DNA of 20,000 nucleotides from IMG/VR virus record IMGVR_UViG_3300029305_009042; one strand, written 5' to 3'. The notes under the pieces were generated by a model. The model did no database searches, was not told where the DNA came from, and worked only from the letters and a program-made list of their open reading frames with translations. Positions 1 through 7,326 of this stretch are shown piece after piece. The translations under genes and the position numbers were made by a program. Positions within the stretch are counted from its first letter, which is position 1. Every line of letters starts with the position of its first letter. The DNA comes from an uncultured virus (IMG/VR IMGVR_UViG_3300029305_009042) (lineage: Duplodnaviria; Heunggongvirae; Uroviricota; Caudoviricetes).

Positions 1-1016
1 GAAAAGTTTCTGATCCGGATCGTCTTGTTGGCGATCTGACTGAACTGATTGTACCGCTCCCGCTCAAACTGTGTGATGCCGTTCGGCCAGCGGCGCAGCT
101 CATACTCATAGGCGTTGTTCATCCCGGTGGAGACCGGACGAATAATCCCATGATCCGCGTCCCGGGAGATCGAGATCCGGTCCCGCCGGATACTGGCTCC
201 CGAGGAGAGAAACCTCCGCAGCTGTGCATCCCGATTCTCCTCATAGGTGTAGTACAGGACCAGCTGAGGCGCCGCACCCGTTCGGCAGGACTCCGCGAAA
301 GACTGCCGGGCACAGCTGACGGCGGTGCTGACCGCGAAAGTCGTTTTTCCCGCGCCGGTAGCCCCCATGACACAATAGCACTCTCCCGGAGCTTCACCTC
401 CGCCAAGCGCCCGGTCAAGATACGGAACCCCGGTAGGCTGCCGCGGCGTCTCCTCAGGAAGCGAGTCAAAGAACTCGTCCGTAAACGGCAGTTCCGCACT
501 GTCCGTCGTACCGGCAGTCTGGATCATCCGCGCCTGCTCCGCCAACGACTCCAGCTTATCCGTAAGCGCCTCTTCCTCCTGAAAAGATCGAAGCGCATAC
601 AGACCGCTCGTCACGACACGGTCCTCAAGGAACCGGCGCATGAGCGATGTTCCGATCACCGTGTTCAGCTCGTCCTCGTCGTCAAAGACATACGCCAGAA
701 AACCGCTTTCCGGATCCCTGTCCTGTACCAGCTTGAACTCGAGATCCTCGTCTACGAATACATCCCGCAGGACCTCCCGCAGATAGTACTCCATCAGCCC
801 TCGAGTCGGAGCTTCCGAAGTCTCCTGCTCCTGATAGTACCTTTTCAGTGCCTGCCACAGGTACAGAAGCGGCAGCTCCTCATAGTTGTCTCCCTGATAG
901 ATTCCATCGCGGGGCACCTTAAAACAGGTATCCTTCAAAAGGGAAGCATACGTCTGATACAGAACCGGCAGGCGGATCAGATGCTTCACCGCGATCAAAA
1001 CTTCAATAATTTCCAT
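1..1016 (-). CDS. dnaB: DnaB-like (SF4, RecA-fold) replicative helicase, truncated by the window edge
   Basis: Absent from the ORF track because it runs off the edge. Hand translation from ATG 1016 (SD GGAGG at 1021-1025) gives MEIIEVLIAVKHLIRLPVLYQTY...PTGVPYLDRALGGGEAPGECYCVMGATGAGKTTFAV...VLYYTYEE. This has the TG..LD...GG motif, Walker A GATGAGKT and the catalytic Glu strand. The frame stays open to the window start. Confidence 0.88.
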   Translation of the reverse strand, partial: MEIIEVLIAVKHLIRLPVLYQTYASLLKDTCFKVPRDGIYQGDNYEELPLLYLWQALKRYYQEQETSEAPTRGLMEYYLREVLRDVFVDEDLEFKLVQDRDPESGFLAYVFDDEDELNTVIGTSLMRRFLEDRVVTSGLYALRSFQEEEALTDKLESLAEQARMIQTAGTTDSAELPFTDEFFDSLPEETPRQPTGVPYLDRALGGGEAPGECYCVMGATGAGKTTFAVSTAVSCARQSFAESCRTGAAPQLVLYYTYEENRDAQLRRFLSSGASIRRDRISISRDADHGIIRPVSTGMNNAYEYELRRWPNGITQFERERYNQFSQIANKTIRIRNF

Positions 1017-1587
1017 GGCTCCTCCATTCAGGCGGTATCCTACCTCCGCAAAAACGATCGTAGGCATGACGCTTCTGGCAATACTGCTCATACGCATCCT
1101 GCCGTAAATCTTTCACAAAGTGCGCTTTGCCATTCAAGGCAGCAAAACAATACCGAACCAGCGGCGAAACAGAGATCCCAGGATCACAGACAGCATTCAC
1201 CAGGGACATGACCGGGTCCTCTCCCAGATGCCTGCGGATCTCCACCTCAGAAAGAAGGGTCTTTTCCTCAGCATCCCACGCATCCTTTACAGACGCATCG
1301 TTTTGCAGCTCCCGCTTGTACCTTTCGATATACTCCGACTTCACGGCCTCCTGAGGAGACCGGATCGTGTACCGGGACAGCGTGTCCTGCAAATAGGACT
1401 CCACGTCCAAACCATGGTCCAGCAGTTTCTGCGCGACGGACGGCCATACCGGCTTGTACTTTCGCCCGTCTACTGCCGTGCCGCCGTCATACCTCGGCAT
1501 TCTGGTCTTTCCGTATCTGGTATTGTTCTGCTCATTGTAGAGCCTGAAATAAACTTCTCTAAAAACTTCACAAGCGCTTCCAGCCAC
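1003..1587 (-). CDS. Hypothetical protein between the SF2 helicase and DnaB
   Basis: ORF 1003..1782 overlaps the helicase by more than 200 nt, so GTG 1587 or ATG 1500 is the likelier start. Its stop overlaps the dnaB start region, suggesting coupling. No recognisable motif. Confidence 0.7.
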   Translation of the reverse strand: MAGSACEVFREVYFRLYNEQNNTRYGKTRMPRYDGGTAVDGRKYKPVWPSVAQKLLDHGLDVESYLQDTLSRYTIRSPQEAVKSEYIERYKRELQNDASVKDAWDAEEKTLLSEVEIRRHLGEDPVMSLVNAVCDPGISVSPLVRYCFAALNGKAHFVKDLRQDAYEQYCQKRHAYDRFCGGRIPPEWRSHGNY

Positions 1588-3040
1588 TTTGGGTCCATCC
1601 TGCTTCTTCGTATGTCTGTTTTCTGCTGCATGCGTTCCGATAAAACGGAGAATTCGTTCCGTCAAACCGGTCCACAATATCCACAACTCTTGCCGAAGAC
1701 TTTCCATCCGCGACACGGGAGGCACGCCCGCCGCCCTGCATCGCTGAAATGGAAGAAGCCCGCGCCGATGCGTTAATGACAACGGACAGATCCGGAAAAT
1801 CTACACCCGTAGACCAGACATCCGTCGCGATCACACGCCGAAGAGTCCCGTTTTTGAACTCTTCCTTCATGCGGTTCCGATCCTTTGCCTTCAGCGGAAC
1901 ATAGTCCTCCGGAAGCAGCCCCTGCCTTTGATACCGGTACAGATCATCCGGTTTCAGATTGCCGTGTACCAGCGTAAATTCCGGCAGGTACTGTTTCAGA
2001 TAGAGCGCATGCTCAATCGTAGAGACCAGGATCAGGACCTTCTCGTCTTCCGCACACTTCTCATTCACGTAACTGGAGATCAGTGCATTCCGATACCCGT
2101 TTCGCCAGATAAGATGCCGGTTTCGGGAAACCGTCTCGCTCCACATTCCGGAGGTCCCGTCCGCGTCGAAACAATGAAGCCACTCGACTGTGATCGGGAC
2201 CACCAGCCCGCCCTGAACTCCTGCCTCATAGTTCATGTTATAAATAACATCCCCGAAGATCCAGTTCAGCGCGGTGTCCGCTCCGTCCGAGCGTCCCTTT
2301 GGCGTCGCTGTAAACCCGTACATCCTTGAGACGGTGTACTTGGTCAGCAGGACATCCATGTACGTTGGAGCCGCAGCCTGATGACACTCATCGAAAATCA
2401 GAAACGCCACATCCTGCGTATCCAGCCGTCCAAGACTGTCCGCGGTAATTACTGTGACCCGGCAATCCCGATCCTTACGCTCACCGCAGAACATTCCGAC
2501 ATCGGGCGTGACCGATACCAGACGCCGGTAAATCTCATTCAGAACATCCCGGGACCGGGTGCAGATATGAAACTTCGCCGTCGGGTACATCTGGATCAGT
2601 ACACTTAACAGAAACGTCTTTCCAAAGCCGACCGGAGCGCACAATACTCCATGGCGTCCCTGAATGAACGCTTCGAGGGCTTCCAGCTGCCCCGTTCGGA
2701 AAGCGTACCGATCCAGCACGGACCGATCCGGTTCCAGATGAATATAATTCTGGTCCGGCGGCGTCAGGTCCTGACACTGGAGGGTGTGCCCTTCCTTCTG
2801 AAGAAAACGCACGACCGCCGGACACATGCCGTAGGTCGTGATCAGAGTGTCCTTTGTCGTATCCACCATCATGTAGACCGGTGTCGCGACATACTGCCAC
2901 TTGCGCCCGCTCCGGATCCTCTCCGTCTTTGTGTACTGGAATGTATTGTGTAAAGAAGAACGGAGCCCCGGCTCCAATGCCGTGCCCCGCTCGCCTCGGA
3001 TCTCAATGGAATTTCCATTCCTCAGGATCTGCACATTCAT
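1568..3040 (-). CDS. Superfamily 2 DExH helicase, UvsW/XPB-like
   Basis: Q-motif FRTGQLEA, Walker A APVGFGKT, motif II FDECH, motif III GFTAT, motif V TGVDFP and motif VI QGGGRASR. Start placed at ATG 3040, an ATGA overlap with the thioredoxin stop, with GAGG upstream. Confidence 0.92.
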   Translation of the reverse strand: MNVQILRNGNSIEIRGERGTALEPGLRSSLHNTFQYTKTERIRSGRKWQYVATPVYMMVDTTKDTLITTYGMCPAVVRFLQKEGHTLQCQDLTPPDQNYIHLEPDRSVLDRYAFRTGQLEALEAFIQGRHGVLCAPVGFGKTFLLSVLIQMYPTAKFHICTRSRDVLNEIYRRLVSVTPDVGMFCGERKDRDCRVTVITADSLGRLDTQDVAFLIFDECHQAAAPTYMDVLLTKYTVSRMYGFTATPKGRSDGADTALNWIFGDVIYNMNYEAGVQGGLVVPITVEWLHCFDADGTSGMWSETVSRNRHLIWRNGYRNALISSYVNEKCAEDEKVLILVSTIEHALYLKQYLPEFTLVHGNLKPDDLYRYQRQGLLPEDYVPLKAKDRNRMKEEFKNGTLRRVIATDVWSTGVDFPDLSVVINASARASSISAMQGGGRASRVADGKSSARVVDIVDRFDGTNSPFYRNACSRKQTYEEAGWTQSGWKRL

Positions 3041-3339
3041 GATTTCAGGTCCTCGATAATTTCTTCCAGCTTCTTTGCCGAACAAAGCCCCTGAAATTCC
3101 GCTTGAATTTCCTTGTCTTTCCATATCTGCGTGTACGGCAGGCGGTCGATCGTGAACTCTGAAGACAACTCCGGCGAATCTTCCAGACGTACCTGCGTAA
3201 AGCTCACTTCCGGATACTTTTTCTTAAGCTGCGCCTGTACCATCCCAGCGGCACGGCAGGCAGCACAGTTGTCGGCGCCGAACTCCACGATGTGGATCTC
3301 TCCGTCGCTTACCAGCTTATACAGTTCTTCTCTTGTCAT
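3037..3339 (-). CDS. trxA: Thioredoxin-family protein
   Basis: 100 aa with VEFGADNCAACR (CxxC in the thioredoxin position), a cis-Pro region IDRLPY and a C-terminal FQGLCSAKKLEEII helix. Confidence 0.88.
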   Translation of the reverse strand: MTREELYKLVSDGEIHIVEFGADNCAACRAAGMVQAQLKKKYPEVSFTQVRLEDSPELSSEFTIDRLPYTQIWKDKEIQAEFQGLCSAKKLEEIIEDLKS

Positions 3340-5438
3340 TTCTTTTCTCCTAAGTCAACTAACGAATTGAATAATGGGCGCAGCATCTCATCATGCGTCA
3401 CGATGAAGATCTGCAGATCCGAAAACACCGGGGATTCCTTCAGACGCTTCAGCACATCCGTCAACGCGCCTCGGTTTCTGGAATCCAGAAAAGTCGTAGG
3501 CTCGTCCAGCATCACGAAACCGCCGGTGTCATCCTGCGCAAATACGGAATGAAGCGCAAGCCGGAACGCGATCGACAACAGCATCTTCTCCCCTCCGGAG
3601 AGTCTGGCTGCCAGCTGCACCGTTCCGTTATCGAAGTGACAGAAAAAGTCTCCGCCCTCCACGAACTCTACCGTAAACGGTGCGTTAAATTCGGTCAGGT
3701 ATATCCGGATCTTCTCTGTCAGCTTCCTGTAGATGTCGCAGGCAACTTTCGCCGGAAACGCCTTGATGTGGAACATATCCGCCAATGCGTGCAGGTCCCG
3801 ACGAAGCTCCGGATCCGTCTCCTTCAGCTGATTCCGGATCCTGAGAACATCCTGCGAGATCCCTTCCAGCTCCAGTGCGATCCCGTCATACTGAACACGC
3901 TCCAGAAGCTGGTCCTTCACCTGCTGGATCTGTTTATTAATAACAGCCTGCTCCTGTTCCAGTGCAGCCGTATCCTGAACCTCCATCTCAGACCACACTG
4001 GATTCTCCTGAATCGCCTGAAGATTACGGTTCAGCTCTTCGAGCCGTGTCTGAAGACGTTCCTGCTCCTGCCGCCACGCCTGAGACGCGGCTTCGTGACC
4101 GGACACTTTCTTCAGGGACTCTCTAAGGTTATGGACTTCAAGATCCAGATCTGTCAAGTCCTTCTCCAGCGCAGGGAATACCTCTGCCGGTACTCCCATG
4201 TAGCCGAGACTGGCAAGCGGCTGCTCCAATGCCTCAAGATGCGAAGCATACTGCGAGTTCCGGCGGGCCTGTTTCTCGATCTCCTGTTTCCGGAGTGTCA
4301 TATACGATTTCAGCTCCGAGAGCTTCTGCCGCGCCTCCGTAAAGTGTGCCTGCGCCTTTCGCAGGTCATCCTCAGTCCATGATGTTTTCGCCCCGCACGT
4401 GGGACAGCGTCCCTCTGTGCCGCAGCCGGTGATCAGATCAAAGAGCTTTTGTGCCTCCTTCGTCTCCGCAACCAGATCGGTATACTGTGCCTGAAGCCGA
4501 TCCAGCTCGTCCGGATCAATCTCTTCCGGAGGAGCGAGTCTCAGAAAGGCAGAAGCCTGTTTATACACTGCGCTGCGCTCCGCCTGCCGCTGAAGGGAAA
4601 GCGTTAATTGAGTCTCCAGATCCGCCCGGGAGCGGGTCTCCTCGCAGACAGGAGCCGGCTCCCGCAGCCGTTCCTGTATCATCTGCAGCTCTGCCTCCCC
4701 TTTTTCCTGCTGTGCAGACAGATACGCCCGCAGCTGCACAGAACCAAGTCTTCTGGCCGTCTCCTGTCCGGATTCCGTCAGAGACTTCAGCATATCCTCC
4801 AGCGTCTGTTTTGGCGGCAGGGAAGCGAAACTTTGAAGGAATGCTTCTTTCTGCGCCCGCTGATCCGACAAAAGAACCAGCTGCGCTTCCAGTTCCGCCG
4901 CCTTCTGATCTACGGTCTGCAGGATCTCCATGATCTTCTTTCGCTCCCGTTCAAAAAACTGAAGCGAAAAGACCCGCTGCAGTATCTGATTCCGTTTTGC
5001 GGAAGTCTCGCGGAAGAGCGACACCAGATCTTCCTGCGGGGTACAGAAGACCTGACACGCCACGTCCGCCGAGATGTGGATCATCTCCGCGATCAAGGCC
5101 CGGGCATCCGCAGAAGTTTTCGTGATGACCTCCCAGATACCGTCGTTCAGACGACTCACGGAAACAGTCCCGTTCTGAATGGCGCGGGTGATCTTATAAT
5201 TTTCCGCGCCGTTATCCGTGCAGATCTCCAGCGCGACAGATCCGGTCTTTTCCCCGGTGCTGATATACTCCAGCTTGTTTGTGGGAGTATACCCTGTCAG
5301 AGCATACACCAGTGCCCGGATGATATTACTCTTTCCGGATCCGTTAGGACCCAGGATCCCGACCAGTCCCGCGTCAAAATGCACGGTGAGTTCCCGGTGC
5401 TGGCACCAATTGACCAACTGTAATCCTTTTATTTTCAT
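3336..5438 (-). CDS. sbcC: SbcC/Rad50-like (T4 gp46-like) SMC ATPase
   Basis: Walker A GPNGSGKS, Q-loop TPQED, long coiled coils with central zinc hook CPTC, signature LSGGE, Walker B/D-loop MLDEPTTFLD and H-switch IVTHD. Confidence 0.95.
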   Translation of the reverse strand: MKIKGLQLVNWCQHRELTVHFDAGLVGILGPNGSGKSNIIRALVYALTGYTPTNKLEYISTGEKTGSVALEICTDNGAENYKITRAIQNGTVSVSRLNDGIWEVITKTSADARALIAEMIHISADVACQVFCTPQEDLVSLFRETSAKRNQILQRVFSLQFFERERKKIMEILQTVDQKAAELEAQLVLLSDQRAQKEAFLQSFASLPPKQTLEDMLKSLTESGQETARRLGSVQLRAYLSAQQEKGEAELQMIQERLREPAPVCEETRSRADLETQLTLSLQRQAERSAVYKQASAFLRLAPPEEIDPDELDRLQAQYTDLVAETKEAQKLFDLITGCGTEGRCPTCGAKTSWTEDDLRKAQAHFTEARQKLSELKSYMTLRKQEIEKQARRNSQYASHLEALEQPLASLGYMGVPAEVFPALEKDLTDLDLEVHNLRESLKKVSGHEAASQAWRQEQERLQTRLEELNRNLQAIQENPVWSEMEVQDTAALEQEQAVINKQIQQVKDQLLERVQYDGIALELEGISQDVLRIRNQLKETDPELRRDLHALADMFHIKAFPAKVACDIYRKLTEKIRIYLTEFNAPFTVEFVEGGDFFCHFDNGTVQLAARLSGGEKMLLSIAFRLALHSVFAQDDTGGFVMLDEPTTFLDSRNRGALTDVLKRLKESPVFSDLQIFIVTHDEMLRPLFNSLVDLGEKK

Positions 5439-5491
5439 AATGTTCCTTTACAACCTGATTCAAGACTTTATCATAAAGTGTACAAAACGAT

Positions 5492-5535
5492 GCCCGGGTG
5501 TCCTTTACAGCTTCCGACACCCGGGCTTTTCTTTT
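5492..5535 (+). terminator. GC-rich hairpin with T-tract (intrinsic terminator polarity on +, possibly bidirectional)
   Basis: GCCCGGGTGTC (5492-5502) and GACACCCGGGC (5516-5526) form a perfect 11-bp stem with a 13-nt loop, followed by TTTTCTTTT on +. Confidence 0.65.
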
Positions 5536-6652
5536 ATAGTGAAAAATGCTCTTTGAGGTCTTCAAAGAATCGATCCTCATTTGTCAGCGCATCTCTGGCC
5601 AGCTCCTTCACTCTGTCTTCCGTCTGATATGTCTGAAGCGACTCTATTGCGTAGGACAGCGCGTTGGAAGCCAATACTGCATCTGTATTCTCCGACGGTA
5701 CGATCCGCTCCTGTACCGGCACCGTCCTTCGAAACAGAAACAGTCCTTTCTCCGGATCCAGACCGTCTTTCGACCCGTAATGATCCAGCAGATACTTTAC
5801 TGCCTCTTCTTCAAACGCCTCTGCATGCAGCACAGTCAGGGGTGAGACTGAAAGAGTCCTTCGATACCTCTCTGGTTCCCACTTCTGTCTGAACTCCTCG
5901 ATCCGTGCCATCGTGAACGGACCGTCAAAGGTCAGATGGGTCATGGGACGGATCTCAAACGACTGATACATGGCTTTATAGCCATTATTCAGCGTTCGGC
6001 ACATGAGCAGAAAACGTTTCTTTGACAGGAGCAGGCAGCCGCCTTCCGGTTCAGGAATGCTGCATCGATAAGCAGGTCCTGAGTAAAGCAGGTCGGTATG
6101 CTTCCCGTACAGATGCCGCTGTTCATGAATATCCCCCGCCAGTACGACAGGGAATCTCGCGTAAGTTTCCAGAGGTACGGATGCACTGATGAAACTGTCC
6201 TCCCTATCCTCCACGAACTGGTGGACGACCAGAAAGTCTGAAACCTGTACAGACTCTAAATTTTCTTTGATTTTTCTGGGGGTAGTATAGTCCATTCCGG
6301 AGACGGTTTCACCCCCCGGCAGAGTCACCGGTTCCGGTCCCAGATGAATGGTGTTTCCGAGAAAGCTGGTCCATGACGGCAAAATGTCGTCGTGATTCCC
6401 GTTGATATAGTAGATGGGAATGTCCAGATACTTGTTTCTAAGGCGTATCGCCTCTTCCAGCAGGTCCGGAGTTATCCTTTTTGTGTCCCATATATCACCG
6501 CCGAGAACGATGGAAACAGGCTCTCCATACTTTCTGGCGTCCTTTGCTGTCTCCAGCACACGCTGAAAACCGGTCAGGGAGTCATTTATTTTCAATCCCT
6601 GTGCCGAAAACGTGTGATTTCTGATATGCAGGTCCGCTGCAAAAATGATCAT
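5534..6652 (-). CDS. sbcD: SbcD/Mre11-like (T4 gp47-like) metallophosphoesterase nuclease
   Basis: Phosphoesterase motifs ADLH, GGDIWD, GNHD, VVH and GDIH. Lies directly upstream of the Rad50-like gene. SD AAGGAG. Confidence 0.93.
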   Translation of the reverse strand: MIIFAADLHIRNHTFSAQGLKINDSLTGFQRVLETAKDARKYGEPVSIVLGGDIWDTKRITPDLLEEAIRLRNKYLDIPIYYINGNHDDILPSWTSFLGNTIHLGPEPVTLPGGETVSGMDYTTPRKIKENLESVQVSDFLVVHQFVEDREDSFISASVPLETYARFPVVLAGDIHEQRHLYGKHTDLLYSGPAYRCSIPEPEGGCLLLSKKRFLLMCRTLNNGYKAMYQSFEIRPMTHLTFDGPFTMARIEEFRQKWEPERYRRTLSVSPLTVLHAEAFEEEAVKYLLDHYGSKDGLDPEKGLFLFRRTVPVQERIVPSENTDAVLASNALSYAIESLQTYQTEDRVKELARDALTNEDRFFEDLKEHFSL

Positions 6653-6728
6653 TTTGCGTCTCCTTTCTAAAAAATTTAAGTCTCAAAAGTGTTATCAATA
6701 ACACCCAGCAGGAAAGCAAATTCCAAAA

Positions 6729-6756
6729 AATCTGAATATTTTTTTGAGCTTGTCAA
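6729..6756 (-). promoter_or_regulatory. Possible sigma70 promoter for the sbcD-sbcC-trx-helicase operon
   Basis: Perfect TTGACA (6756-6751), a 16-nt spacer and a weak -10 CAGATT in AT-rich context, about 80 nt upstream of sbcD. Confidence 0.35.
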
Positions 6757-6835
6757 GAGGAAAAAGTAAAAATTTTGGTTAATTAGATTTCTTGAATTTT
6801 GCTTAAAAGCAAACAAAAGCACAAGTCCGTACAGT

Positions 6836-6864
6836 TTGCAATAGATTTTTGGCGTGGTTATTTT
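6836..6864 (+). promoter_or_regulatory. Possible sigma70 promoter firing into the structured non-coding region
   Basis: TTGCAA, 17 nt, then TATTTT preceded by TGG, i.e. TG near the extended -10 position. The predicted start near 6871 lies just before the hairpin cluster. Confidence 0.4.
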
Positions 6865-6888
6865 GGGTGGACTATTTTTCTACCTTAA

Positions 6889-7075
6889 GCAAATAACTAA
6901 CTAGTTTCTCGTTAGCACTCGAAACTGCGTTAGGCTTACTTTTTCGCTATCGCTCAAAAGCTGGCTCGCTATAACATAGCTCGCTAAAGCCTAACTAGTC
7001 AGTTATTCGCCGGTAAAAGAAAAAAAATTCGCGTGCGCTCCATCCGCTGCGCTCCTTCCGCTGCACGCGAATTTT
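6889..7075 (-). other. Structured single-strand element (branched stem plus four G.A-mismatch hairpins); candidate single-strand origin or primosome site
   Basis: The 16-bp stem 6889-6904/6995-7010 pairs fully only on the minus strand (two G.T wobbles). Inner 9-bp stem 6929-6937/6987-6995 and 13-bp stem 7024-7036/7063-7075. Tips read GA-GT-GCTA-AC-GA, GA-GC-GATA-GC-GA, GA-GCTAT-GTT-ATAGC-GA and GGA-GC-GCA-GC-GGA. Confidence 0.65.
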
Positions 7076-7278
7076 CTCTCTTCCTTCACCCTTTCTGCCT
7101 CTGCTGTCTCTGACTCCTGCCTTCCACAGAAGCCTGTCTCTGAAGCTCTGCAAGCCTTCCCGCGTCACCTGTCCTGCAAGGTCTTCTCCTGCGAAAAGTC
7201 ATTTCTGCCTTCTCTGTGTACCCTGCATTTCAAGTTCTTGGCTCTTATTTGATTTTTGACTGAATTTTTTGAGGGTAG

Positions 7279-7290
7279 ATAGTATCAAGA
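7279..7290 (-). other. pC194/phiX174-type nick-site-like sequence (TCTTG/ATACTAT)
   Basis: The minus strand reads TCTTGATACTAT, about 37 nt after the stop of the Rep-like gene. CTTG/ATA is the established core nick site of pC194-family and phiX174 origins. The match is short. Confidence 0.35.
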
Positions 7291-7326
7291 GTCATCAAGA
7301 CCCCAAAACGCCTCCTAGCGACGATT

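Noticed and set aside
150..1211. 353-aa plus-strand ORF, and other long shadow ORFs (3393-4382, 4608-5423, 8583-10127, 12019-12966, 13806-15377)
   Set aside because: They lie antisense to genes with clear motifs, have R/L/Q-biased low-information sequence and lack SDs. This is typical of antisense frames in GC-rich coding DNA.
3041..3124. Longest-ORF starts given by the track (3124, 1782, 8410, 11904)
   Set aside because: They extend deep into neighbouring genes. Downstream starts have SDs or stop/start overlaps.
7086..7202. 38-aa minus-strand ORF MTFRRRRPC... in the purine-rich tract
   Set aside because: Short, weak SD, and its composition follows from the strand skew. Not excluded but unsupported.
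6653..7326. CRISPR array, tRNA or group I/II intron in the long intergenic region
   Set aside because: No regularly spaced direct repeats, no cloverleaf with T-loop and D-loop consensus, and the flanking genes are complete rather than split.
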